Shown piece after piece: positions 26,569 to 39,573 of a stretch of DNA of 64,000 nt (position 1 is the first letter of the stretch; each line of letters opens with the position of its first letter). Under the pieces are notes generated by a model. It saw nothing but the letters and a program-made list of their open reading frames with translations, was not told the DNA's origin and did not search any database. The position numbers and the translations under genes are program-made. Source of the stretch: Isurus oxyrinchus (lineage: Eukaryota); contig JANJGN010000004.1 in assembly GCA_026770705.1 (NCBI GenBank), forward strand, positions 95,790,001-95,854,000, given 5' to 3'.

Positions 26569-27479
26569 ACTCAAAACTCCGCCTTATTTCCAGTCATTTT
26601 TTTTAAAGTTGGTTTTGTGTGTGTGTGTGTGTGTTTGAGTTAAATAGAAATCTCTCAAAAGCCAGCCTTAGTTGAGCATTTTCCGCTGTCTCTCTCCCCC
26701 CCCCCCCCACCCCCCTTGCAAGGTGGTCCATTATTCGTAGTGAAGTAATAATTGAGACATATTTTTGCATAGGGTATGTTATTATTTGTATAACATTTAG
26801 ATATAACAAATGTCAAGGAATTGATCCAGATGAATCCATTCAGATCTATCGGCCAAAAGTAATCTATAGATAATTGAACTGCAGCGTTCTGAAGAAGTCA
26901 TGTTCGACTCTCACCAAATTCTCTTCCTACTCGAGATGTATGTATGAACTGCTTGGAAAGTACATCTTGAAATTTTCTATATACTACAACTTATGATACC
27001 TTATACATAACCCCAAAGGGCCTTACCGGGAAATGCTCAAAGTGAAGCAGGAATTCATAGGGCTGAGCACTGTAAAAGTTGAGTAGATGCAAAGAGGTTT
27101 AGGAAGAGAATTCTACAGTTGAGGGTATGTCCTGGTCAAAGCAATTCCTTGCCCCCACCTCACCTCACTAACTGCAATGATTCAGCTCTCTGAAGGCTTG
27201 GTTCTAATTGTACCTTACCTTCTCAGCATTCATTGTTCCCTTGCTTGGGCCTTTGCTGCAGATTTAATTTGCATATTTACTCTTGCTCATGCATCTTTTC
27301 CCCCATCCTGAACTTCTCACATCTTCATTTGACTTTGGCCCATTTCCCAGACCTCCTCAGTACCTACAAGCACAACGCCACTTAGGAATTGCCTTTCAGA
27401 TTTCCCCCCCACCCCAGAATTTATGATCCTTAAAGACATCCCAGAGGCAAGGCTGCTCCTAAAGGCTTCTTCCTTGATT

Positions 27480-27615
27480 GGCTCTGAAGACAGTTATAGT
27501 GGACATGAAACTTTAACTCTGTTTCAGCCTCCACAGATGCTGCGCGACCTGCTGAGTTTTTCCAGCATTATGTTTTTATTTCAGATTTCCAGCATCCGCG
27601 ATAGTTTGCTTTTAT
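27480..27615 (+). mobile_element. Old Penelope-type 3' end with a degenerate hammerhead remnant
   Basis: CTGAAGA...GAAACTTTAACTCTG...gacctgctgagtttttccagcatt...gatttccagcatcc; the same tail as the young Penelope copies. Confidence 0.6.
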
Positions 27616-27632
27616 TCTTCCTTAACTGCTGC

Positions 27633-27678
27633 GTATTGATGCTGTATCATCAGTTGTATTGATGCTGTATCATCAGTT
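27633..27678. repeat. 23-bp tandem duplication
   Basis: gtattgatgctgtatcatcagtt repeated twice. Confidence 0.9.
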
Positions 27679-27974
27679 TGCATTGCTGTGGTCACACTGT
27701 CGATGATTTTAGTTTCTCTCACACCTGGATTCAACATGATTTCTTCTAGACATTATTCATGTCCTCAGGCAGTGAGATTGAAAACAAAGGGCCTTAACAA
27801 GTGGTATAGCATCATTTTTCAAAGGTATGGTCTTCATAGAATATATGTATTTTTTTAAACTGCAGCAGTCAGATTTCTAATACTGTATTCTAAATTGAGC
27901 TCAGTTTGCATGCAGTAATGTTGAAAGACAATACAGTTATGTTTAGAATTGTAGAAGTGTAGTCTTTCCTATAG

Positions 27975-28002
27975 GTCTTGTGGCACAATGGTAGTGTCCC
28001 TA
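27975..28002 (+). mobile_element. 5' part (A box) of a tRNA-derived SINE; the remainder with the B box resumes at 39574
   Basis: TGGCACAATGG (A-box-like) before the LTR; GGTTCAAATCCC (B box) at ~39599-39610 after the other LTR. Confidence 0.7.
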
Positions 28003-29271
28003 TGTTATGGCACAGCACATGGTAAATGCTGAGTTGTTCAAATCTCAAAGAAACATGATACCCTGACAATCCAATTCCAAGTGAGTTTCCTTAACTTCAG
28101 TTTGTTGTAGACAGCAGCTTGAGGCATAGATGCTGAAGGCTTTTCACATTTCTTGGATCCTAAAATGCCTACCCTTATACACAGCTTTCACTCCTTTATA
28201 CATATTTTTCCATTTGAATTTAAATTCCCATTGTTTCACTATGTCTTTGGACTTTACCTTTCTGATAATAAAAATCTCTCATAGTACTAAGTTTTACCAG
28301 TAATCTTTGGGAAAAATAAACATACGGGGGAGAATTTTCTCCCCGTTGGGGGGATTGGGTGGAAGCGGGCATGCATGCAGCTGAGCGCCACCCGCGATCA
28401 GCTGAGCGTCGCCGTTTTACATGGGTAGGCCAATTAAGACCCGCCCAGTGTAACATGTGCCCAGAAATTCTGAGAGCTACCTGTGCGGGTGGGGTGGGGG
28501 GTGTTGCTAGAGTCAGGGAAGTGTGCTCTTCTGTGCAGAAATCTCCCTGAGGCACAAAGCTGCCTAAGGAGATTAGTTTAAGCACTGAAATTTTTAATAA
28601 ACAAAAAAAATTTTAAGGCATGTCCCCTGATGTGAAAGTGTCACATGAGCTTGGACATGTCAATGAAAGTTATTAAAAAAAATTATAAAACTTTAAATAC
28701 CTTCATGAAACCTCATCATGACTGTGGATGAGGTTCCATGATAAATGCAAAGGCTGCCTGGGCTCTTCGCCTGCCCGCCAACCTTAAGGTTGGATGGGCA
28801 ACTCAGTTTATTGTTTTAATTGATATTTAAATGGCCTTAATAGGCCTTTGACAGTTCAGCGGGCGGGCAGCTGACTCAGGTGCATGTCTGCCGAACTGAA
28901 AATCTGAATGACGCGCGGTGACGTTGTTATGTACACCCAAGGTCACTGTATGGGCCCCACCCAGCTCACCGACCCAAAAATTCTGGCCACTGTTTCTGAA
29001 CTTCACCTGACCAGGTGACACAGTTAACTCCGTCTTCAAAAAAATAATCTAGTCTGCTTTATTTCAAAATGCAAATGTTCCCTTGACCCCTATGTTTACC
29101 TACATAACATTTCAAACCTAGCCCATCTTCTTTCACATCAAAGGTTTCAGACCTGCTGCCTTTAATCCAATTAAGTCTCACACACACATATACACACACA
29201 CATATAGACACATATGCCACTATTTTACAAAAAATTCCAATAACATTGAGAATTATTATATTTTCCTGACA
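28003..29271 (-). repeat. 3' LTR (contains a MITE insertion and a ~255-bp deletion relative to the 5' LTR)
   Basis: Starts tgttatggcacagc, ends tcctgaca; colinear with 38745-39573. Confidence 0.9.
28326..28988. mobile_element. Harbinger-type MITE inserted in the 3' LTR
   Basis: Absent from the 5' LTR (aaacacactgtttc empty site). TIRs GGGAGAATTTT / AAAATTCTGGCC; 3-bp TSD with one mismatch. Confidence 0.8.
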
Positions 29272-31631
29272 TCCCCCTCCTTATTGAAAAATGAACCATC
29301 ATAATTTTAAAAAGCGACTTCATTTTTATTAACCCATCTTATACTTTCTCCTATATTTATCTATATACTTACACTATTTCATTACCAAATGCATGCAGTA
29401 ACAGAACAATATATATACAAATCCTTTGTAACAACAGAAATCAGTTCAGCTCAGTGTCCGTGTTTTAAATGTCCAATTTTCTCTTTAAGCTTCAACTCTT
29501 GATAATGCATCTGCAATCAGATTTTTTTGACCAGTTACATGTATAATCTGTAGATTAAATGGTTGCAGCAATAAACTCCATCTGAATAGCCTTGCACTTC
29601 TGTCTTGAAATTTGTCCAGAAACTTTAAAGAATTATGTTCCGTGTAAACAATTATTTATGACAACTTGTTTACAACATAAATCTCAAAACGTTGCAGTGC
29701 TAACACCAGACCATTTTCGATCATTGAATATATTCTCTGGTGTACATTCAACTTCTGTGAAAATACCCTCTCGGTTTTTCAATTCCAGTGTTGTCTTCTT
29801 GTAACAGTACGGCCCTAACGCCTATATTACTGGTGTCAATGGCTAACTAAATTTCCTTGGCATAATTGGGTACTGACAAAACTGGTATCATAGTTTTCAA
29901 CCTATCAAATGCCTTTTAACACTCGTGTGTCCATTGAAACTTCTTGTTCTCTTTTTAACAGTTCAGTCATTGGAGCAACCACACTGCTAAAATTTGGTAC
30001 AAGTTTCCGATAAAACCCACTCATGCCCAGAAATCTCAAAACTTCTCGTTTTATTGTAGGCGTGGAGAAATCCACGATAGTCTTGACTTTCACATCTCTT
30101 GGAGCCACCTTACCATGTCCAATGATATGGCCTAGATATGTAACTTGCTCTTTTGCAAATTCACCTTTAGCCAAGTTCACCACCAAATGAGCTTATTGTA
30201 ATTGATAAATAATTCTTCCAGAAGTTGTAAATGCTCCTCCCACATCTGATTGAAAACTATCAAGTGGTCAATATAAACAGCAAAATTGCTCAGACCTGCA
30301 ATTATTTGTCAGCTTTTGAAATGTTGGGGGTGTATTTTTCATGCCAAGCAGCATGAATTTAAACTGGTAAAGTCCATCTGGTGTCACAAAAGCTGATATC
30401 TCCTTTGCTCTCTCTGATAACGGTACTTACCAATATCCTTTAACAAGTCAATCTTTGTGATAAATATTGATTGTACCATTTTCTCAATACAATATTTCAA
30501 TCATGTTAAAGGATAGGAATCCACTTGTGTCACCACATTCAGCTTCCGATATTCCACACACAGTCTGTGTTCCATCCAGTTTAAGTATCAGCACACTAAG
30601 CAAACCCCAGTTACTGCAACGAGACTCAATGATACAATTTTGAAGCATGAATTTGATTTCTTTCTGTACTTGTGATAACTTTGCCGGATTTAATCTATAA
30701 GGATGTTGCCTTTGTGAAGATGAAACTTCTATAGACACATAATGTATAGCTAAATTTGTCCTTCCCAGCGTATTTCCACAAATATCTTTGTGTGACGACA
30801 ATATATTTTCCAAATCACTTTGACACTTGTCTGGAAGGTAACTCACTATTACATTTAAATTTTCAAGTACCCCCTCATTATCCAATTTAATTAGAGGAAA
30901 ATCAATTCAGAATCCTGCATTTCTACTTCTTTCTCATTATCTACCATCACTAACACCTCCTTTTGGTCCTCTTCCCTTTCAAAGTACTTTTTAAGCATAT
31001 TTATATGACGCACCCTCTGCTTCTTTCTTCTACCTGGAGTATTTATTAAAGAATTCACTTCACTCAATTTCTTTTCAATCCTGTAAGGCCCACTAAACCT
31101 TGCCTTTAATGCGTCACCCAGTACTGGTAACAGAACTAATACTTTCTCCCCCATGACAAAACTACAAGCTATAGCTTTCCTGTCTGCTTTCACTTTTATC
31201 ACTTGCCGTGATATCTTTAAGTGTTCCCTAGCTAACTCACATGCTCTGTCCAATCTCTCTCTGAAATTTGATACATAATCCAGGAGAGCAGTTTCTGAAT
31301 TTTGACCCACCAATTTCTCATGAGTCAATTCGTGTGGTCCTCTCACCTCATGACCATAAACTAGTTCAAAAAGACTGAAAGTCAATACCTTAGGAGCATC
31401 TCTAATAGCAAATAACAAGAATATAATTCCCCTATCCCAATCCTGTGGATAATTCTGACTACACACTCTCATCATAGTTTTTAAAAAGTTTGGTGCCATC
31501 TTTCTAAAGCCCCTTGTGGCTCAGGATGATAAGCTGTTGTCTTAAATTGTTTTATCCCCAAACACTTCATTACTCCCTTAAATAGCTGTGACATGAAATT
31601 TGAACCCTGATCTGATTGTATTTCTTTAGGC

Positions 31632-34600
31632 ATAAGACCATAAGACATAGGAGCAGAAATTAGGCCATTTGGCCCATCGATTCTGCTCCGCCATTCAATC
31701 ATGGCTGATAAGTTTCTCAACCCCATTCTCCCACCATTCCCCATAACCTTTGATCCCCTTACCAATCAAGAACCTATCTATCTCGCTCTTAAATACACTC
31801 AATGACCTGGCCTCCACAGCCTTCTGTGGCAATGAATTCCATAGATTCACCACTCTGTGGCTAAAGAAGTTTCTCCTCATCTCTGTTCTAAAAGAGATTT
31901 CAGAATACTCTGAGGCTGTGCCCTCGGGTCCTAGTCTCTCCTACTATTGGAAACATCTTCCCCATGTCCACTCTATCCAGGCCTTTCAGTATTCTGTAAG
32001 TTTCAATCAGATCCCCCCCTCATCCTTCTAAACTCCATCAAGTAAGACCCAGAGTCCTCAAACGTTCCTCATATGTTAAGTCTTTCATTCCTGGGATCAT
32101 TCTCGTGAACCTCCTCTGGACCCTCTCCAGGGCCAGCACTTCCTTCCTGAGATACGGGGCCCAAAAGTGCTCACAATATTCTAAATTTGGTCTGACCAGA
32201 GTCTTATAGAGCCTCAGCAGCACATCCCTGCTTTTATGTTCTAGTCCTCTCGAAATAAATTCCAACATTGCATTTGCCTTCCTAACTACCAACTCAATCT
32301 GCAAGTTAACTTCAAGAGAATCCTGGACTAGGACTCCCAAGTCCCTTTGCACTCCAGATTTTTGAATTCTCTCCCCATTTAGAAATAGTCTATGCCTCTA
32401 TTCTTCCTACCAAAGTGCATATCCTCACACTTCCCCACGTTGTATTCCATCTGCCACTTCTTTGCCCATTCTGCTAACCTGTCTAAATCCTTCTGCAGCC
32501 TCCCCACCTCCTCAATACTACCTGTCCCTCCAACTATCTTCGTATCATCTGCAAACTTAGCCAGAATGCCGTCAGTTCCTTCATCTAGATCATTGATGTA
32601 TAAAGTGAAAAGTTATGGTCTCAACACTGACACCTGCGGAACTCCACTAATCACCGGCCGCCATCCTGAGAAGGACCCCCTTATCCCCATTCTCTGTCAC
32701 CTGCCAGACAGCCAATCTTCTATCCATGCTATTACCTTGCCTCTAACACCATGGGCTCTTATCTTACTGAGCAGCCTCCTGTGCAGCACCTTGTCAAAGG
32801 CCTTCTGGAAGTGCAAGTAGATAACATCCATTGGCTCTCCTTTGTCTAACCTACTCGTTACCTCCTCAAAGAATTCTAACAAATTTGTCAGGAATGACCT
32901 CCCCTTGATGAAACCATGCTGACTTTGCCCTATTTTACTATGCACTTCCAAGTATTCTGAAATCTCGTCCTTAATAATGGACTCTAAAATCTTACCAACG
33001 ACCAGGATCAGGCTCATTGGCCTGTAATTTCCCGTCTTTTCCCTCACTCCCTTTTTAAACAGGGGGGTTACATTAGTGATTTTCCAATCCTCTCGTGTCT
33101 TCCACTGTGAAGACTGATGCAAAGTACCTATTCAGTTCTTCCGCCATTTCTTTGTTCCCCACTACTACTTCTCCAGTGTCATTTTCCAGCGGCCAAATGT
33201 CCACTTTTGCCTCTCTCTTCCCTTAAGATATCTAAAAAAACTCTTGCAATCTTCTTTTATATCACTGGCTAGTTTACCCTCATATTTAATCTTCTCCCTC
33301 CTTATTTCTTTTTTAGTTGTCCTCTGTTGGTCTTTGTAGGCTTCCCAATCCCCTGGTTTCTCACTGCTCTTTGCCGCATTGTATGCTTTCTCTTTAACAT
33401 TTATGCTGTCCCTGACTTCCCTTGTCAGCTTCGTCCTCATTTTAGTATGCTTCTTCTTCCTAGGGATGAATTTTTGCTGTGTCTCCCAAATTACTCCCAG
33501 AAACTGCCATTGCTGTTCCACTGTCTTTCCTGCTAGGCTCATCTCCCAGTCAATTCTGGCCAGCTCCTCCCTCATGCCTCTGTAGTTGCCTTTATTTAAC
33601 TGTAATACTGTTACATCTGATTCCATCTTTGTCCTCTCAAACTGCAGGGTAAATTCTATCATATTATGGTCACTTCCTCCTAAGGGTTCCTTCACCTTAA
33701 GCTTCTTTATCAAATCTGCCTCATTACACATCACTAAATCTAGAATTGCCTGTTCCCTAGTGGGCTCCACCACAAGCTGCTCCAAAAAGCCATCTCATAG
33801 GCATTCCACAAATTCCTTTTCTTGGGACCCACTACCAACCTGATTTTCCCAGTCTACCTGCATATTGAAATCCCCCATAATCACTGTAACCTTGCCTTTC
33901 TTACATGCCTTTTCTATCTCCTGGTGTATCTTGTGGCCCACATCCTGACTACTGTTTGGAGGCCTGTACATAACTCCCATTATGGTTTTTTCACCTTTGT
34001 GGTTCCTCAACTCTACCCACACAGACTCTACATCATCTGACCCTACGTCATTTTTTGCTATTGATTTAATTTCATTTCTTACTAACAAAGCAACCCCACC
34101 CCCTCTGTCAACCTGCTTATCTTTTCGATAGGATGTATACCCTTGGATATTTAGCTCCCAGTCCTGATCCCCTTGCAGCCATGTCTCCGTGATGCCCACC
34201 ACATCATACCTGCCAATTTCATTCTGCGCCACAATCTCATTTACCTTATTTCATATACTGTGTGCATTCAGACACAACACCTTCAGTCCTGTATTTCCTG
34301 TCCCCTTTCTCATTGTCGTCCCTTTATCTGATGTGCTTGAAGTTAGATTCCTAGCCCTTTCCCAACACTCTTTCCTATTTTGTGTTCTGGAGACTTTAAT
34401 AGCCTCTCCTGGGCTCTCCTTTCTTTTCAGTTTTTTCATAATTTTCCATGAAGTTGAATCCACTCCCCAACATGCTAACCTGCTGCTTTGTTTCCCATTA
34501 GTCATACTTCTTGGAGTTTTACCCTTCCCTCCGCGCCCCCCCCACTTTCTAGTTTCAAGTCCTGTTGACCACCCTATTTACCCCTTTCGCTAGAACATTG

Positions 34601-35971
34601 GTCCCAGATCGGTTCAGGTGGAGACCCAACGGTACAGATCCCTCCTGTTCCAATACTGATGCCAGTGCCCCACAAAATGGAACCCCTCTTTCCCGCAACA
34701 CTCCTTTAGCCACGTGTTTACTTCCCTTATTCTCGCATCCCTATGCCAATTTGCGTGTGGCTTGGATAGTAATCCGGAGGTTATAACCCTTGAGGACCTG
34801 TTCTTTAATTTAGTTCCTAGTTCCTGATAATCCCCAAAGAGACCCTCTTTCCTAGTCTTACTTTTGTTATTTGTCCCAACGTGGACCACAACAACTGGAT
34901 CCTCCCCCTCCCTCTCCAATATCCTTTCAAGCTGGTCAGAGATGTCCCTCACCCTAGCACTGGGCAGGCAACATACCATGTGGGACTCTCAATCCTGCTT
35001 ATAAAGGATGCTATCAATTCCCCCAATTATAGAATACGCTACAACTACCACTTGTCTTTTTGCTCCCCCCTCTTGAATGGCCTCCTGTGCCACGGTGCCA
35101 TGGTCAGCTGGCTCATCCTTCCTACAGCCCTGTTCCTCATCCACACAGGGAGCAAGTACCTCATAGCTGTTGGACAAGGTCAAGAGTTGAGGCTCCTCTG
35201 TTCCTGAACACAGGATCCCGCTACTTGCCTCACTTGCAGTCACACCCTGCTGATCCTGACCACAGACAAAATTTGAGGTACTTAATCTACCGGGTGTGAC
35301 CGCCTACTGAAACAAAGCATCCAGGGCACTCTCCCCCTCCTGGATGTGCCGCAGCATCCGGAGCTCGAACTCCAGCTCATAAATTCTGAGCCAGAGTGCC
35401 TCAGCAACACTTGCTGCAGATGTTGTCACTGCAGCGTGCAATGGGATATGCCAGTTCCCACATCATACAGCTACAGCACATCACCTGCCCAGCCATCTCT
35501 ACTTAGTTAATTCATTTATTAATTAACTTTGCAGTGTTTTTTTTTTACAAATTTGGTGCAGATTTCCTACCAACCAATCAGGTCACAGCTTTCCTGTGAT
35601 GTCCCTTTTTCAGTTTTGGCTTCAGTTACTCTGTGCCTCGAGGTCACCGCTCTGGTGCTCCTCCCTCTGAGTCTGCTCCCTGGAGACAAGGCCATGAATC
35701 CCCGAGACAAGCTAGATTTATACTCACCACTCCGGTGCTCCTCCCTCTGAGTCTGCTCCCAGGATTTACTCAACAATCAGCTGCTTTTTCTTTAAAATCC
35801 ACCTTCAGAAGAGTGTCCCTTGCAGCTCTGGTGCACTCCTGAAGGCACTGCCTCTTCCTCTCTCTCTTTTTTTTAGGTTTGAGGAGGGGGGAATGGAAAC
35901 ACTACAGCAATGTAATGTTTGGGGCTATTCCATTCTTTGACAGTGGGTCCTCCTCAATTCCCTCCTGAGTC
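31632..35971 (-). mobile_element. Near full-length CR1 LINE inserted into the Gypsy integrase
   Basis: ORF1 with a Cys-rich N-terminus and SGNH-esterase motifs (VCCLPSARV.., VVVHVGTNN). ORF2 APE endonuclease (GITETWL, YRPP, MGDFN, SDH) and RT (NYRPMSL, QHGF, FQKAFDKV, FADDTK). (TCTTATG)-type tail at ~31632-31650. Integrase is continuous across it (FFTRYG | PKEIQSDQG). Internal deletions present. Confidence 0.93.
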
Positions 35972-38744
35972 ACCATATCTTGTAAAAAAAATGTAGTTAA
36001 CTCTTCCACAATTTTCTTTGTTGTAATATTTCTTAAAGGTATTGCTTCAGGAAACCTGGTAGGCACATCCATTATTGTCAGTAAGTACTGATTTCCACTT
36101 TTAGTCTTAGACAGGGTCCTACACAATCAATCATGTCTCTAGTAAAAGGTTCTTCAAATGTTGAAATTGGAATTAAAGGTCACAGTTTAATCACTGTTTG
36201 TGATTTCCTATCACCTGACATGTGTGACATGTTCTACAGAATTTGACTACATCCCTAAGCAATCCAGGCCAATAAAAATGTTTTTGTATCTTTCCCTGTG
36301 TCTTTCTAATTCTTAAATGTCCCCCCATTGGAATTTCATGAGCTATCCTTCAGAATCTAATTTCTATATCCAAATGGTAGGACAATCTGATGTACCTCCC
36401 TCTAGCTTTCATTTGCTGAAGTATAATAAGGGCTCCATTTTCTCATTAAAATGTTACCCTTAAGGTAATAACATTCTGGAATACATTTTGCCTCTGTTTC
36501 TGAGTAAGGTATCTGATATAAATGTTTTATTTGCAAATAATTTTTCTGTAATTTCTCTAACTGCTTTGAGTTAAACACTCCAGCTGAATTGTCTTCCAGT
36601 CTTTCTTCCTGAACAACCTTATCAAACACAATGTCAGCTAATTGAATTTTCACACCTTCTCCCTGCCTTTGAACTTCCTGTTCTTCTTGTTTCAACCTAT
36701 GAGCCTGCGATCTTGTTATCACGCAACCTGGAAACACTCCAGGATTCTCTCCTTGCAACACTTATGTTGAAAACACTTCTACAAGCTGCTCAACTACCAT
36801 AGGCATCACCCTCATTTGTGATCCAGCTATGTCATTACCCAGGAAAACTTGAACACCTGCAATGGGCAATTTTTCCAGCACTCCAACAATCACTTTACCT
36901 GTTTTCCTCTTACTCTTTCAATTTATCTTCCACAATAGAATAGGTTTAGCATCGCAACAAACCCCACTTATTATCACCTGTTCCTGCAATAGTCCCTCTG
37001 AACAACAAATGTCACTATCCCACAACATTAAAGATTGACTGGCCCCTGTGTCTCTAAAAATTTTAACATCTTTACCTACTCCACCCCGTACACATGGAAA
37101 GACTTTGCCTTCACACACAAAATCTTTAAACATTCCTACAACCTGCTCCTCCAAATTCTCTTGGGTAAATTGTGAACATATTCCTAGTGCTTTACCTCTC
37201 ACTGATTCTTCCTGTTTTACCTGTACACAAAACATTGGTTTCTCCTGTGCCTGAATCTCTGAACCAACAGTACTTTTCCTTCCAGAACTTTTCTGAACCC
37301 CTATAATTCCAACAGGTTTTTCCTGCAATTTCCAGCACACAGATTTCATATGTCCAACTTCATTACAATGGAAACACCTAAATTTTTAAATGTCACTCCT
37401 ACCCTCAGCACCTTCCTTTTTATTCTCAGAAAAAAATTCCTGCAAATTTCCACCTTCTCCTTCTCTTCCCTGACAACCCACCTTCCTTACACCTTCACAA
37501 TTTCTATCCTTTTCTGATTTAATAGGGTGACGAAAAGAAGATCTGGCTCTATGAACTAACTTATAATCATCAGCTATCTCTGCTGCTTTGAACTCTCTGT
37601 TTCTCCACATGAATTCTCACTACCAAGAGGATTGAATCTTTAAATTCTTCCAAAAGAATTACATCTCTAAGAGCTGTATATGATGTCTCTATCTTTGATG
37701 CCCGTATCCATCAGTCAAAATTACTTTATTTTACTTTTTCAAATATAAACTTGCCCAGGCTGTTTTCTCATATTCCTAATTTTCTACCTATATGCCTCAG
37801 GAACCAACTCATATGCACTCAAAATAGCCTTTTTTTTAAACCACATCATAGTTCACCAACATTTCTTCTGACAGTGAAGCATGAACCTCATGCACTTTAC
37901 CCACCAACCTGGATTGTAACAACAATGTCCAATTTTCCAGTAGCCATTTCATTTGTTTAGCTATCTTATCAAATGAAATAAGGAATGTTTCTACATCTCT
38001 TTCCTCAAACTTTGGAAGAGCTTGTACAAATTTAAACATCTCCCCACTGGGCTTTATGTTAAAGGATTTTTTCCTCAGAACTTTCCTCAGAATCTGAGAT
38101 CTCTTTTTTAACTTCCAGCCTTTTAAGCTGATATGCCTTTTCTCTTTCCTTCTCTCTTTCCCTTGCCTCTCTTTCTTTATCATTTTCTCTTGTCTGCAAT
38201 TTCAGATCCAGCTTCCTTTTTACTCCTGCCTTTCCGCTTGCTCCCTTTGAAATGCTCTGTCTTTTTCTGCTGCTTCTAGCTCCAGTTTATTCATTTCCAA
38301 TTCTTTTTCCTTTTTATTTGCCTCCAATTCAAGTTTTCTCAGTTCCCTTTTGCTTGTTCAAATTCAAGCCTCTTCATTTCTAACTGAAGTCTCACTACCT
38401 CCAGCTGTTACTCACTAGTGTCAGGTATCACCTCCAACTTTAAGTGCTGTGCTATACATTCAATTATTCTTGCTTTCTTTGCCCTTGCAGGTAAACCCCC
38501 CCCCCCCCCACATTGTAATTTATCTGCCAATTCCATTGACTTTTATAAACCAGCCAAAGGTATAACTTCAACTCCCAGATAAGTCTGAGCAACTGCCAAA
38601 GCCTTACTGCAGTCTCACCACTTCAAATAAACACCTCACACTAACTCCTGAATTCAAAGTGCTTCTTGTACTGGTAACCTTAAGGTTCACCAACTCCAAC
38701 CGAATCAAGGAATTTCAAATATAACCCCAAAGAGCATCCAACTA

Positions 38745-39573
38745 TGTTATGGCACAGCTGGTGGTAAATGCTGAGTTATTCAAATCCCAAAGGGAAACTT
38801 GAAACAACTACTACAAGTTGTTTTGCAATTTGTATAAATTTTGAGATACGTGCCTTGAATTCAGGCTTATAGCTTTTTACAAAACTAAATTAAACATTTA
38901 TTAAGAGAAACGATTTTAAGCGCATACATATAATCAACAAATTACTACTATAATAACTTCTAAATCCCCTAATTAACCTGACGCCCAGTTACACTTTTGT
39001 TAAAGCAACAGTAAGACACATAGATTTTAAAAGACCCAGGCAAAGAAACATGATATCCTGACAATCCAATTCAAAGTGAGTTTCCATAACTATAGTTTGT
39101 TGCAGACGGCAGCTTGGGATATAGATACTGAAGGCTTTTCACACTTGTTGGTCCTAAAATGCCTACTCTTACACACAGCTTTTGCTCCTTTACATATATT
39201 TTCCCCTTTGAATGCAAATTCCCATTGTTTCACTATGCCTTTGGACTTTACCTTTCTGATAGTAAAAATCTCTCATGGTACTAAGTTTTACCACTAATCT
39301 TTGGGAAAAATAAACACACTGTTTCTGAACTTCACCTCGCTAGGTGACACATTTAACTCCCCCTTCAAAATACAATCCAGGCTGGTTTATTTAAAAATGC
39401 AAATGTTCCCTTGACACCAAGTTTACCAACTTAATTTAACTCATCTTGTACCACATTAAAACCTTCAGACCAGCTCCCTTTAATCCAATTAAGTCTCACA
39501 CACATCATACACATACCACTTACTTTACAATAAATTCCAATAACATTATGAGAATTATTATATCTTCTTGACA
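38745..39573 (-). repeat. 5' LTR
   Basis: Starts tgttatggcacagc, ends cttgaca; adjacent to a PBS-like sequence on minus. Confidence 0.9.

Larger units (their letters stand above)
25150..26600 (-). promoter_or_regulatory. CpG-enriched promoter / first-exon region of the UHRF gene
   Basis: Visible local excess of CpG/CGCG and C-tracts relative to the flanks, largely free of repeats, and surrounding the ATG exon. TSS cannot be placed from sequence alone. Confidence 0.6.
28003..39573 (-). mobile_element. Gypsy-superfamily LTR retrotransposon of Gmr1 type (gag-PR-IN-RT-RH), decayed, with nested CR1 and MITE
   Basis: Two TG...CA LTRs (28003-29271, 38745-39573); TSD CCCTA/TCCTA (27998-28002, 39574-39578). 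PPT aaggaggggga next to 29271; degenerate Pro-type PBS next to 38745. Gag CCHC CFHCNEVGHMKSVC (~37335-37380); protease RDTGASQSL (~37050); integrase GNQYLLTIMD..RFPEAIPL and SDQGSNF..AYHP..QGALERWH; RT and RNase H at ~29480-30885. Confidence 0.92.

Noticed and set aside
35650-35760. ~30-bp direct repeat pair as a CRISPR-like array
   Set aside because: Only two units, within the CR1 5' UTR of a vertebrate sequence; ordinary UTR tandem repeat.
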